A stretch of 64,000 bases of DNA, from NCBI GenBank assembly GCA_963734545.1, contig CAVTHO010000003.1:320001-384000 (forward strand). The letters run 5' to 3'. This document shows positions 21,204 to 30,905 of this stretch, in pieces. Within the stretch, counting starts at the first letter, position 1. Each line of letters begins with the position of its first letter. The DNA comes from an uncultured Spirochaetota bacterium. Lineage in GTDB: Bacteria; Spirochaetota; Spirochaetia; SZUA-6; Fen-1364. A program made the translations under genes and the position numbers. The notes under the pieces are model-generated. The model saw only the letters and a list, made by a program, of their open reading frames with translations, had not been told where the DNA came from and searched no databases.

Positions 21204-22353
21204 CTACTTCTTGTACAGCGCGAACTCGCCGTTCTTCACGGTGAGCATCTCGAACGCGTCCATCGTGAGCCCGTTGTGGTCCGTCGGAGAGAAGCTGAAG
21301 ATCCCCCCCGTGCCGGCGATGCCCTTCAGGCCTTCAATGGCATCCCGGACTTTGCCATGGTCAACGCTCCCCGCGCGCTTCACCGCCTCAGTCAGCACGA
21401 GAAAGGCGTCGTACGCGTGCCCGCCGAAGGTGCTGACGTCTTCCTTGAACCTCGCCTCGTATTCCTTCTTGTAGGAGGTGAGAACCTGCTTCTGCGGATG
21501 CCCCGCGGGGAGCACGTCCGCGACCAGGAGCCTGCCGGCAGGGAAGATGATGCCGTCCGCGGCCTTTCCCGCCATGGTCACGTAGTTGATGTTTCCGAAC
21601 CCGTGACTCTGGAACAGGGGAATCTCGAAACCCATCTGCTTCATGTTCTTGGGCACCAGTGACTGAGCCGGCTCGACGGACCAGTTGACCACGGCCTGCA
21701 CGTTCTGCAGCCTTGATCTTGGTGAGAACGCCGGTGAGGTCGGTTGCGGTGGACTCGTACACCTCGGTGATTGCCAGGTCGATGCCATTGGCCGGCGCCA
21801 GCTTTTCAAGCTGCGCCTTGCCGCCCTGGCCGAAGCCTGAGTTGCTCACCACGGCCCCGATCCGGGTAATGCCCAGCTTCTTCATGGTGGTGAAGATCAT
21901 CTGAGCGGCAAAGCTGTCCATCTGCGGGGTCTTGAAAACCCATTTGGCCACGGGATTGACGATTGTCTCCGCAGCGGCGCAGGAGATGAGGATCGTCTCA
22001 TTCTCGTCGCAGTAGCTCTTGATCTTCATGCTCTCACCGGTGGTGGAGGGCCCGATGATCGCCAGGACCTCCTGCTCCTCGACGAGCTGCTTGGCGAAGG
22101 AGAGGGCCTTTTCGGCGTTGCCCTGCGAGTCCTTCATGAAAAGCTCGATCTTCCTGCCGCCGATCCCTCCCGCCGCGTTGGCGTCATCGACGAGCATCTG
22201 CATGGTCCTGGATTCAGGCAGGCCGAGGTTGGCGGCAGGGCCGGTAATAGCGAAGATGGCGCCGATTCTGATGGCCCCTGTATCAGCCGCAAAGCTGGAA
22301 GCGGTCAGAAGCGCCGCAAGACCCAGACAGAGGACGAGTTTCTTACTGGACAT
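21204..22353 (-). CDS. Liv-type ABC substrate-binding protein, possibly aromatic-acid binding; +1 frameshift near 21710
   Basis: Signal peptide; IRIGAI...TGPAA.LG, NAAGGIGGRKIEL and IIGPSTTG. C-terminal part QSHG...FGGHAYDA...GTGG.F.FSPTDH.G lies in ORF 21204..21809. Confidence 0.88.
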
Positions 22354-22441
22354 GACCTTCTCCTTGGAAATGCGGGAATTGAATATTTATACATACAAGT
22401 GGATTTTCTGCCGTCTGTCAAGAACGCGGCAGAGGCGCGAT

Positions 22442-23737
22442 TCACGGATCGGAGTTGGGGTCCATGTCCGATTCGCCTGTTTCCGCGCGGTCCTTCCCGA
22501 GAGTCTTGGCCCGGTACAAGGCGCGATCTGCACGCGCAATGAGCAGCTCCGCGGTAATGGCCTCATTCGCGCGCGTTGATGCGATCCCCATGCTGATGGT
22601 CACCCGTCGATTCATCGTGGAGCCCTCGTTTTCCATCCGCAGGGCCCTGAGATCGTCGAGGACCGCTTCAGCCACCATGCGCGCGCCCTCCAGAGGGGTG
22701 TCGGGCAGCAGCAAGGCAAACTCGTCGCCGCCGAAGCGCGATACAAAATCAGCGGGCCGGCGCGCGCCTCGGGCAAGGGCTCCTGCCACGGCGACAAGGC
22801 ACCGGTCACCTGCCTGGTGGCCGTACGTGTCGTTGTATTCCTTGAAGAAATCCACGTCACAAAGAATGAACGAGAGCGATCGAGGGAGGGGCCTCTGCCG
22901 TCCCTGGCGGGCCAGGGAACGGCACTCCTGTTCGAAGCGCGCGTCCAGTCCGCGCCGGTTGGCGAGCTTCGTGAGGTCATCCGTTATGGCCATTGCGCCG
23001 AGCTCCTCGTTGAGACGAGCGAGCGTGGCGGCCCTGCCCTGGAACCCGATATACTCGTGCGCCGTGATGTAAAGCAGAGAAGTGGCGAAGCAGAGGAACC
23101 CGTATTCCAATATGAACTGCACGCCTGCGATGATGCCGTTGGACACCAGTGCATCGTGAATGCCCAGCGCAATGAAGACGAAGAGCCCCGCGGCGAAAAT
23201 GCGCCTGTAGGACCTTTCCCGCGTTTTGATCGTTATCCAGAAGAACAGGGAGAAGAGGGCTGCGGCCAGGAGGAGCGCCATGAACAGGGCTCCCATCGGT
23301 CCCAGCGCCGATTCAACGTAAGGCCGCGGCACCCATCGAAAGGACCGGGAGACCAGCACGGGGCTCACGATCAGGTCCGTCAACCACAGGACGCCCAGCA
23401 CGACGAGAAAGAGGGGACCTCCGATACGGTGATACCACCGCCCCGGAATCTGGAGAAAGGAAAAGGTGTAGCCGCAGATGGAATGCGCCATCAGGACAAG
23501 GAAGGAAAACTGCGCCTTGTCCAGGGTCTGCTGGAGGGGGGTCGCGGGCGCGATGAACTGGAGGAAGACGAAAAAGGCGTAGCCCGCGGAGGAGAGGGAA
23601 AAAAGCGCTGCCCATGCATTCGATGTAAGCTTCCGCTGCCTGACGAAGAATATGCTCTCGAATGCGACAAAAAAGAGCGCCACGACCGATACGGAGAGCG
23701 AACCAGCCGCGGACAGTGGAAGCGAGTTCCAGGTCAT
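22442..23737 (-). CDS. Membrane-bound diguanylate cyclase (multi-TM N-terminus plus GGDEF domain)
   Basis: About seven hydrophobic segments; TDDLTKLANRR, DVDFFK.YNDTYGH..GD, I-site RPAD, RFGGDEF and AD.ALY.AK. Confidence 0.92.
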   Translation of the reverse strand: MTWNSLPLSAAGSLSVSVVALFFVAFESIFFVRQRKLTSNAWAALFSLSSAGYAFFVFLQFIAPATPLQQTLDKAQFSFLVLMAHSICGYTFSFLQIPGRWYHRIGGPLFLVVLGVLWLTDLIVSPVLVSRSFRWVPRPYVESALGPMGALFMALLLAAALFSLFFWITIKTRERSYRRIFAAGLFVFIALGIHDALVSNGIIAGVQFILEYGFLCFATSLLYITAHEYIGFQGRAATLARLNEELGAMAITDDLTKLANRRGLDARFEQECRSLARQGRQRPLPRSLSFILCDVDFFKEYNDTYGHQAGDRCLVAVAGALARGARRPADFVSRFGGDEFALLLPDTPLEGARMVAEAVLDDLRALRMENEGSTMNRRVTISMGIASTRANEAITAELLIARADRALYRAKTLGKDRAETGESDMDPNSDP

Positions 23738-23753
23738 CGAGGGACCATGGTTG

Positions 23754-24185
23754 TTACAGCGCCTTCAGCTCTTCCGCGCGCACGATGGCGATGCCGTTCT
23801 TTTCCAGCACCTGTAAGGCGCGCTCCCTGTCATCGATCTTGCAGATCACGATGGCGTTGTCCCGGGTCTTTTCCACGTAGGCATACATGTACTCGACATT
23901 CACGTTGTCCTCGTCGAGCACCTCGAGAATTCTTGCCAGCCCGCCCGGCTTGTCTTCCACCTCGACGGCGATCACCTCCGTCACCTGGGCAACGAAGCTG
24001 TTTGCCTTGAGAACTGTCAGGCATCTCTCGGGGTTGTTCACGATGATCCGCAGCACGCCGAAGTCCGCCGTGTCCGCCAGGGAGAGGGCCCTGATATTGA
24101 TTTTCTCCCGTGAGAGTGTCTGGGTGACTTCCGCCAGCCTTCCCTTCTTGTTCTCCAGGAATACGGATATCTGTTTGACGCTCAT
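23754..24185 (-). CDS. Tandem ACT-domain protein (PaaK-associated type)
   Basis: QISVFLENKKGRLAEVT..L....INIRALSLADT.DFGVLR and DKPGGLA.IL..L....VNVEYMYA. Confidence 0.9.
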   Translation of the reverse strand: MSVKQISVFLENKKGRLAEVTQTLSREKINIRALSLADTADFGVLRIIVNNPERCLTVLKANSFVAQVTEVIAVEVEDKPGGLARILEVLDEDNVNVEYMYAYVEKTRDNAIVICKIDDRERALQVLEKNGIAIVRAEELKAL

Positions 24186-24194
24186 GATGCCCTC

Positions 24195-25494
24195 CTATAC
24201 CTGCCGCTTGTCGATGATCCGCTTCGCCTTGCCCTCGCTGCGCGCAATGGTTTTCGGCTCCACGAGGCGCACACGCGTGTGGATGTTCAGGGCTGCGTAC
24301 AGCTCCTCCTCGATTCGCCTTTCCATCCGCTCGAGGCCCCTGATCTCGTCGGAAAACACTTTTTCATTCATCTCCACCTGCACTTCCAGCTCGTCAAGCT
24401 GGTCGCGGCGCTCCACAACGAGCTGGTAGTGGGGCTCGGTGCCTTCCACTTTCAATATAATCTCCTCGATCTGGGAGGGGAACACGTTGACGCCGCGGAT
24501 GATGAGCATGTCATCGGTGCGCCCCAGGACCCGGTGCATGCGCACCGTGGTCCTGCCGCACGTGCAGGGCGCCCGCTCGAGGTAGGTAATGTCCCGGGTG
24601 CGATAGCGGAGCACCGGCGTGCCCTCCTTGGTGAGGGTGGTGATCACCAGCTCGCCCTTCTCGCCGTCCGGCAGCACCTTCCCCGTGCCGGGATCTATGA
24701 CCTCGGCGTAGAAATGGTCCTCGTTGATGTGCAGGCCGGCGTGATGCTCGCATTCCATTGCCACCCCCGGGCCGATGATCTCCGTGAGCCCGTAGATGTC
24801 GATGGAGAGGAGGCGCAGCTTCTGCTCGATCTCGGTGCGCATGCTCTCGCTCCACGGCTCGGCCCCGAAGAACCCGGCCTTCAGTCCTACCTCCGATAGA
24901 TCCAGACCTTCTTCCCGGGCCGCCTCGGCAAGGTAGAGCGAGTAGGACGGGGTGCAGGTCAGTACCGTGGACTTGAAGTCCCGCAGAATGGCGAGCTGGC
25001 GCTTCGTGTTGCCGCCCGAGATGGGGATCACCGTGGCGCCGATCCTGCGCGCCCCGTAATGCACACCGAGACCGCCGGTGAACAGGCCGTACCCGTAGGC
25101 GTTCTGCACGATGTCGTGCCGGGTGGTTCCCCCTGCTGCCAGCGTGCGCGCCATGGCCTCGGCCCACACGTCGATGTCGCCGGCCGTGTACGCGTCCACG
25201 ACCGGTTTTCCCGTCGTGCCGGATGACGTGTGGATCTCAACGATGTCGTGGAGCCCCACCGCGAGGAGCCCGTACGGATACACATCGCGCATCTCGTCCT
25301 TGGTGGTAAACGGCAGGCGCGTAATGTCGCCGATTCCCTGGATGTCCTGGGGCCTCACGCCCATACCGGCCATCTTCTTCTGATAGAAGGGGACCCTCCG
25401 ATACAGGACATCCACGAGGCGTCCCAGCCTTTCCCCCTGCAGGTGCGCCATGGCCGGCGCCGGCGAGGGACTCGAAGTCCGTGTTCCAGATCAT
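24195..25494 (-). CDS. paaK: Phenylacetate-CoA ligase family protein, paralog 2; +1 frameshift near 25465
   Basis: Start MIWNTDFE after AGGAGG; [41 protein letters not shown] and [20 protein letters not shown]. Confidence 0.92.
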
Positions 25495-25504
25495 CAGGCT
25501 CCTC

Positions 25505-25933
25505 CTACAATCTGTATATCTCGGCGTCGGAGATGAGGCGAATGCTGGTGCCGGCAAGCGCTTTTTCAGCCTCGGGGAATTTTTCAACCTCGAATACTAT
25601 AGCGGCCTTTTTTCCTTCCTCGATCACGAAGCCGTAGCAGTCCTCCACGTTCACTTTCGCGGATGCGAGGCCCACCAGAAGCTCGTGCATGGCGCCCGGC
25701 CTGTCGTCGATCAGGGCCACGAGGATCCTGCGCCGGGTGACCGTGAACCTGCCTTCCTTCAGCGCCTCCAGCCCGCGATCCGGATCGTTCACCAGCACGC
25801 GCACGACGCCGAACTCGCCCGTGCTGGCCATCGAGATGGCGCGGATGTTCAGGCCCCTCTCCGTCAGCGCGCGGGTGATCTTTTCCAGCTTCCCCGGCTC
25901 ATTGACCACGAACACGGACAGGTGGTACGCCAT
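25505..25933 (-). CDS. Tandem ACT-domain protein (PaaK-associated type)
   Basis: LSVFVVNEPGKL..IT..L...GLNIRAIS.A....FGVVR and DRPG......L....VNVE..Y. Confidence 0.88.
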   Translation of the reverse strand: MAYHLSVFVVNEPGKLEKITRALTERGLNIRAISMASTGEFGVVRVLVNDPDRGLEALKEGRFTVTRRRILVALIDDRPGAMHELLVGLASAKVNVEDCYGFVIEEGKKAAIVFEVEKFPEAEKALAGTSIRLISDAEIYRL

Positions 25934-25934
25934 C

Positions 25935-27242
25935 TCAGCACCCCTGCCCGGAAAGCTTCCGCTTGTCGATCACGCGCACCGCTTTGCCCTCCGCCGCGGG
26001 CAGGCTGCCCGCCTCCAGCAGCCTCACCACGGGCGTCAGGCCCGTCTCTTCCTTCAGCGCGCCCAGCACGCGCGCCTGCAGGCCTTCCAGCTGGGACAGC
26101 GTTCCCTGGAACGCATCCGCCGCCAGCTCCACGCTCACGTGCAGCCGGTCCATGTAGTTCTCGTCGTGGATCTCGATGAGGTAGTTGTTCCCGATGCCCG
26201 GCAGGCGCATCAGGCTCTGCTCGATCTGCATGGGGAAGACGTTCACCCCGTTGATGATGAGCATGTCGTCCGACCGGCCGCGGATGCGGTCGATGCGCCT
26301 GTGCGTGCGCCCGCAGGGACAGGGGCCCGGAAGGATCCGCGTGAGGTCCCGTGTGCGGTAGCGCACGAGCGGCGTGCCTTCACGGGCAATCGAGGTGAGC
26401 ACCAGCTCTCCGCACTCGCCGTCCGGAAGGACCTTGCCGCTCTCCGGGTCGATGATCTCCACGATGAACTGGTCCTCCCAGATGTGCATGCCGGACTGTT
26501 CAGGGCACTCGAAGGCCACGCCGGGACCGCACATCTCGGAGAGACCATAGGAATTGTACGCGCGGATGTTCCATGTCTGCTCGATCCGCTGCCGGGTCTC
26601 TTCCGTGTGCGGCTCGGCGCCGACGAATGCCATGCGGAGGCTGAAGTCCCTGCGCGGATCCAGCCCCATCTCCTCGACATGGGTGGCGAGCCGCAGCGCA
26701 TAGCTGGGAAGGATGTGGATCACCGTGGTCTTGAAATTCTGCATGAACCAGATCTGCCGCTTGCTGGTGCCCGTGCCGATGGGGATCGTCATGGCCCCGA
26801 GCTTCTCGGCGCCATAGTGGAAGCCGAGGCCGCCGGTGAACAGGCCATAACCCATCATGTTCTGGAAAACGTCCGTGCGGCGCATGCCGGCCATGTACAT
26901 GCAGCGCGCAACCAGGTCTCCCCACGTTTCGATATCCTTGTCCGTGTGGTAGATCACGGTGGGGTTGCCCGTGGTGCCCGAAGAGGAGTGCAGGCGCACG
27001 ATGCTCTCCAGCGGGACCGCGAGGAAGCCGTAGGGAAACCCTTCCCGCAGGTCGGCCTTGGTCGTAAAGGGAAGGCGCGAAAGCTCGCGGGGCGAGGAAA
27101 GACCACGCGCGCCGTTGCTCCCGTAGAGCCTCGCGTAGAAGGGTGCCTGCAGCGCGCGCTCGACGGTCGCCGTGAGCCGCTCACACTGCAGCCGTTCGAG
27201 GGACTCCCGGTCCATCGTCTCGATATCCTTGTCCCAGTACAT
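25935..27242 (-). CDS. paaK: Phenylacetate-CoA ligase family protein, paralog 3
   Basis: Start MYWDKDIE; [46 protein letters not shown] and GRSDDMLII.GVNVFP.QIE. Confidence 0.92.
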   Translation of the reverse strand: MYWDKDIETMDRESLERLQCERLTATVERALQAPFYARLYGSNGARGLSSPRELSRLPFTTKADLREGFPYGFLAVPLESIVRLHSSSGTTGNPTVIYHTDKDIETWGDLVARCMYMAGMRRTDVFQNMMGYGLFTGGLGFHYGAEKLGAMTIPIGTGTSKRQIWFMQNFKTTVIHILPSYALRLATHVEEMGLDPRRDFSLRMAFVGAEPHTEETRQRIEQTWNIRAYNSYGLSEMCGPGVAFECPEQSGMHIWEDQFIVEIIDPESGKVLPDGECGELVLTSIAREGTPLVRYRTRDLTRILPGPCPCGRTHRRIDRIRGRSDDMLIINGVNVFPMQIEQSLMRLPGIGNNYLIEIHDENYMDRLHVSVELAADAFQGTLSQLEGLQARVLGALKEETGLTPVVRLLEAGSLPAAEGKAVRVIDKRKLSGQGC

Positions 27243-27302
27243 GGTGGTGCCTTCGGTGTATACCGGAAATGAATGCTTTTGCAAGCTCGCGCGCCGGGTC
27301 GA

Positions 27303-28223
27303 CTAGTCGTCCATGAGATCTCTTAGTGCGTCGGCCGCCTGTGCCGCGAAACTCTCGGGAAGATCATGTTCGACATCCTTCATTATGCGCGCCACAACAC
27401 GGACGCCGGCCGACTCCAACGCTGAAACCACCGGACGGGATCGCGTGTTGGCAGGGTCGCGCTCCCCGAGCAGAAAAGCCCCGCGCGTATGCCCGGGAAC
27501 GGCAACGAGTGGCGAAAAATCGTATCCGGAAGGGAATGACGGGATGACGGACAGCCACGGAATGCCTGCCTCGTGAGCCAATTCCAGCGCGAGCCTCCCG
27601 CCCTGGGACGCCCCGGCAATGATCATTCCTTCCATCTGGATGCCTCGTTTGCGCCGGCAGTCATCCAGATGCGTGCGAAGCTCCCCGCGCGCCAGCTCCG
27701 TGTCGTCCCAGCAGAAGCCCGCGCTGTCGAACACCTGCGAGGACTGGGGAATGATCAGCGTCCAGCCCTGGTCCACGAGCTGCCGCCAATGCGCGGCGAA
27801 ACCCGAAGCCGTGTCTCCGCGCCGATGGATTGCGACGAGGGTGCGCGGCTCCCACGTTGCCGTGGCAGGCGCCAGCACCAGGCATTGAGGGCGTGAGAGC
27901 GCCTGCGCTGCGCGGAACCGCAGGCCGCATTCTTCCCGCACGGCCGCGAAGCCGGCAGCGCCGCGAACGGGATCGAGGTCGCCGTCATCGTCGAGCTTCC
28001 GCGGGCTCCACCACTGCCCCTCGTCGAGTCCCTCCCGGAGCGCGGATACGGCCGCTTCAGCGTTTCCGAGAAGGCTCTGCATGCACGCCTGCCAGAACCA
28101 GGTTTTCGCGTGTTCCTCCGGACACTCCTCGTGCGCGGCACGGGCGATGCGGGCACCGGCCTCGAAGTCGCGTGCCGCATGAGCTTCCAGAAGCTGGAGG
28201 AAATACTTTTGAATGACAGTCAT
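27303..28223 (-). CDS. TPR-like N-terminus plus alpha/beta hydrolase (esterase-like)
   Basis: Nucleophile elbow GASQGG; candidate Asp (GERD) and His (VEHDLP); helical N-terminus (WFWQAC...GNAEAA..L...L..G). Confidence 0.75.
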   Translation of the reverse strand: MTVIQKYFLQLLEAHAARDFEAGARIARAAHEECPEEHAKTWFWQACMQSLLGNAEAAVSALREGLDEGQWWSPRKLDDDGDLDPVRGAAGFAAVREECGLRFRAAQALSRPQCLVLAPATATWEPRTLVAIHRRGDTASGFAAHWRQLVDQGWTLIIPQSSQVFDSAGFCWDDTELARGELRTHLDDCRRKRGIQMEGMIIAGASQGGRLALELAHEAGIPWLSVIPSFPSGYDFSPLVAVPGHTRGAFLLGERDPANTRSRPVVSALESAGVRVVARIMKDVEHDLPESFAAQAADALRDLMDD

Positions 28224-28316
28224 CGCTTGCGTTCAATATATAGAAGGAACATGTGATCGAGGGAGTCGTGCGGATGGGCGCGGCTGCCGCGGCGCCGTCC
28301 GAACGGCGTCCCGCGG

Positions 28317-29900
28317 CTATTTCCGGGGGTCCGCGAGCAGGGCAGGGGTCAGAACGATCCGCTCTCCCTCCATGCTCTCCAGGCCCTTGTCCCGCAGCGT
28401 GGTCCCGCTCGCGGCGGCGAGGTCCACCGACGCCCTGCGGAACCGGCTGTAGCTCTGCAGCTCGCTCTTGCGAGCGTCCGAGAGCGCCTGCTCCACCTCG
28501 TAGACCCGGCGGATGTCGCTCTTCCCCGTATCGAAGCGCGAGAGCTCCACGTCGAGCAGCCGCTTCTTGAACCCGGACACGGTTCGGGCAACCTCGGCCT
28601 GCCGTCCGTAGGAGAGCATGCGCTGAAAGAGGGCCCCGGTGGATATCGCGGTGTCACGCTCCATTGCCTGCAGCTTGCGGACCGCCAGCTCCTTCCTCAG
28701 CCTGGCCTCCTCGAGCAGGCTCTCTCCCTGCAGGTTTCCCAGGAGGGGAAGACGGAGGTCCAGGCCCACGGACCAGGAGGGGAAACCCTGGCTCTGGAGC
28801 CTCTGGAGGGAGACGCTCATGGAATTGCCCAGGCCCTGGAACCCGTAGCTGGCGTGCGCGTTCAGCTCAGGGAGCCTCTGATCCAGCCGATAGTCGAGTT
28901 GGATCCCCGACTTCACCAGCTCCCCCCGGCTGATCAGGATCTCGGGCTGCAGCCGCAGCGCTTCGCGCACCCTCGACTCGGTTTCATTCCTCGAAGGCCC
29001 GGCTCCCGGCATTTCTCTCTCCAGCGGCTCCGCCGCGCTTATGTCCACCGTGGAACCGATCCGGCCGCCTCCCAGGATGAGCCGGAGCTGGGCCGCCGCT
29101 TCCGAAACAGCGAGCAGGCTGGATTCCTCCTCCGCGATGCGGATGGCGAGCTGGATTTCAGCCTCGGAGAGATCGAGATCCGACATCTTGCCGACGCTCA
29201 TCCTCTGCCGGGCGTCGGCGGCGATCTCATTCGCGATCCGTACGGAATCCGCGGCGATCCTGTGGAGCTCCTGGGCAAGGGCGAGGTCCCAGTATGCGGA
29301 CTCCACGCTCGACACCACGGAGATCATCTGCTTGCGGTAGGCATGGAAGGCGATGAGCTCCTCATTTCGCGCGAGCCGGACCGGCGCGAGCGGCGAATAC
29401 CGGGCAATCCCCTTCAGGAGGGGCTGGTCGACTTTCAGGCCGAGGTTGGATTCGTATTCGCGTCCGGTGGTTGTGAAATTGCTTTCAGTCGTGGAGAGCG
29501 AATAGCCGAGCCGGTAGCCCGCGCCGCTGAAGAACTTGCCCTCGACCGCGGCCTGGTATTCCGTCTTTGTTTCCGTCATAGTTTCCGTGTACGCGGGCTT
29601 GCCGAAAATGGAGGCAGCCTCTGCTGCCGCATTCAAGCGGTCCAGGTGGCTCCGGTTGAGCCCGGACACGAAAGCCGGCTCGAAGTCGCCCCATGCTCCC
29701 TGCACCTGGCTCTTGCGGATGAGCCATTGCAGCCGGGCTTCCCCCACTGACGGGTTTGCCTGCAGCGCCTCCAGGGCGGCCTCCGAGAGCAAAACGGGCA
29801 GAGGCCCCGCGGCAGGTTCTTCCGCTCGGACCGCGGGAGCCTGCGCCAGAATGAGACATGCTGCACTCAATAGACTTACGTGAAACATTCTGCGATTCAT
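28317..29900 (-). CDS. TolC-family outer membrane channel
   Basis: Signal peptide (MNRRMF...AVRA|EE); A...ALQANP, QPLLKG, V..AYWDL, G..S.LD...AE, LPELN..ASYG, WSVGL.L.LPL and F..G.S....V...Q. Confidence 0.88.
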   Translation of the reverse strand: MNRRMFHVSLLSAACLILAQAPAVRAEEPAAGPLPVLLSEAALEALQANPSVGEARLQWLIRKSQVQGAWGDFEPAFVSGLNRSHLDRLNAAAEAASIFGKPAYTETMTETKTEYQAAVEGKFFSGAGYRLGYSLSTTESNFTTTGREYESNLGLKVDQPLLKGIARYSPLAPVRLARNEELIAFHAYRKQMISVVSSVESAYWDLALAQELHRIAADSVRIANEIAADARQRMSVGKMSDLDLSEAEIQLAIRIAEEESSLLAVSEAAAQLRLILGGGRIGSTVDISAAEPLEREMPGAGPSRNETESRVREALRLQPEILISRGELVKSGIQLDYRLDQRLPELNAHASYGFQGLGNSMSVSLQRLQSQGFPSWSVGLDLRLPLLGNLQGESLLEEARLRKELAVRKLQAMERDTAISTGALFQRMLSYGRQAEVARTVSGFKKRLLDVELSRFDTGKSDIRRVYEVEQALSDARKSELQSYSRFRRASVDLAAASGTTLRDKGLESMEGERIVLTPALLADPRK

Positions 29901-29963
29901 GTACCACCAGGATGATGTGAAATACTCTATCACAGAGCGGCGCAGGAACGGAAGGGCCGTCGA

Positions 29964-30009
29964 CCCGCGCCCCGGTTGCGCTCCTGCGCCCGGGTTGCGC
30001 TCCCGCGCC
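29964..30009. repeat. 19-bp tandem direct repeat (2.4 copies) in the divergent TolC/MFP intergenic region
   Basis: cccgcgccccggttgcgct|cctgcgcccgggttgcgct|cccgcgcc. Confidence 0.7.
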
Positions 30010-30069
30010 TTTTCCGCTACTATCGATTCGCCAGCATTAAAACGATCAGACATAAAAAGGGCAATCCGG

Positions 30070-30897
30070 ATGATTTTCCCACGCTCGCAGCTTCGATGGT
30101 TCCTCCCGATTTTCCTCCTTTTGTTCAGCGCCATCTCCGCCTCCTCCCAGGCATGGACGTCGCGCGGCATAGTCGAGCCCTACCAGGACGCCAAGGTGAG
30201 CGCCACCGTCGGCGGGACCGTGGTCGCGATCAAGGCCGCGGAAGGTCAGTTCGTCCGGGCCGGCGAGGTGGTGGTCGAGCTGGACAGCGCGCTGGAAGCG
30301 CTGGAGGTGGAACGGCGGAAGCTCGTTGCGGAGAGCGCGGCGGAGCTGGACGCGGCGCAGAGCCGCATGGAGACGCTTCGCCTGGACCTCGAGGGGACCC
30401 GGAAGCTCCAGGAGGAGACCCGGTCGGTGTCCCTGGACGATCTGCGGAAGAAGGAGCTGGAGTTCCGTCTCGCCGAGGCCGAGCACCAGCGCCTTCTCGT
30501 CTCCGAGGAGCGCGAGCGGATCGAAAGCCGGTTCGCGGAGGCGCAGCTTCAGAAGCGATTCATCACCGCCCCTTTCGACGGGGTCATCGTGGAAAAGCTC
30601 CTCGAGGTCGGCGAGGGGTGCAGCCAGCAGCAGGCGCTGTTCCGGATAGTGGACACCCGCAAGTGCCGGCTCGTGGTCCACATGGAGCAGGCGCCGAGCC
30701 TGAAGATGAAGCCGGGCAGACAGGTCACGCTGAGGATCCAGGAGGCAGACGGCCCGGTCACGGTGCGCGGCACCGTGGAGTTCGTCTCCCCCCTGGTGGA
30801 TGCGTCGAGCGGGCTGCGCGAGGTAAAGGTCGTTTTCGACAACCCGGATGGCAGGGTGCACCCCGGCGTGACCGGCGCCGTCGGCACCGAGCGGTAG
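30070..30897 (+). CDS. Membrane fusion protein (efflux periplasmic adaptor family)
   Basis: Signal-like N-terminus; V.A.VGG.V.....EGQFV.AG.VVVELD, helical hairpin, ITAPFDGVI, G.V.FVSP.VD..SG...V and HPG.TG. Confidence 0.88.
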   Translation: MIFPRSQLRWFLPIFLLLFSAISASSQAWTSRGIVEPYQDAKVSATVGGTVVAIKAAEGQFVRAGEVVVELDSALEALEVERRKLVAESAAELDAAQSRMETLRLDLEGTRKLQEETRSVSLDDLRKKELEFRLAEAEHQRLLVSEERERIESRFAEAQLQKRFITAPFDGVIVEKLLEVGEGCSQQQALFRIVDTRKCRLVVHMEQAPSLKMKPGRQVTLRIQEADGPVTVRGTVEFVSPLVDASSGLREVKVVFDNPDGRVHPGVTGAVGTER

Positions 30898-30905
30898 GAG
30901 CCGGC

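Noticed and set aside
29976-30905. 310 aa N-terminal extension of the 926 aa ORF
   Set aside because: It overlaps the first MFP gene out of frame. The likely start is ATG 30906 with an AGGAG Shine-Dalgarno.
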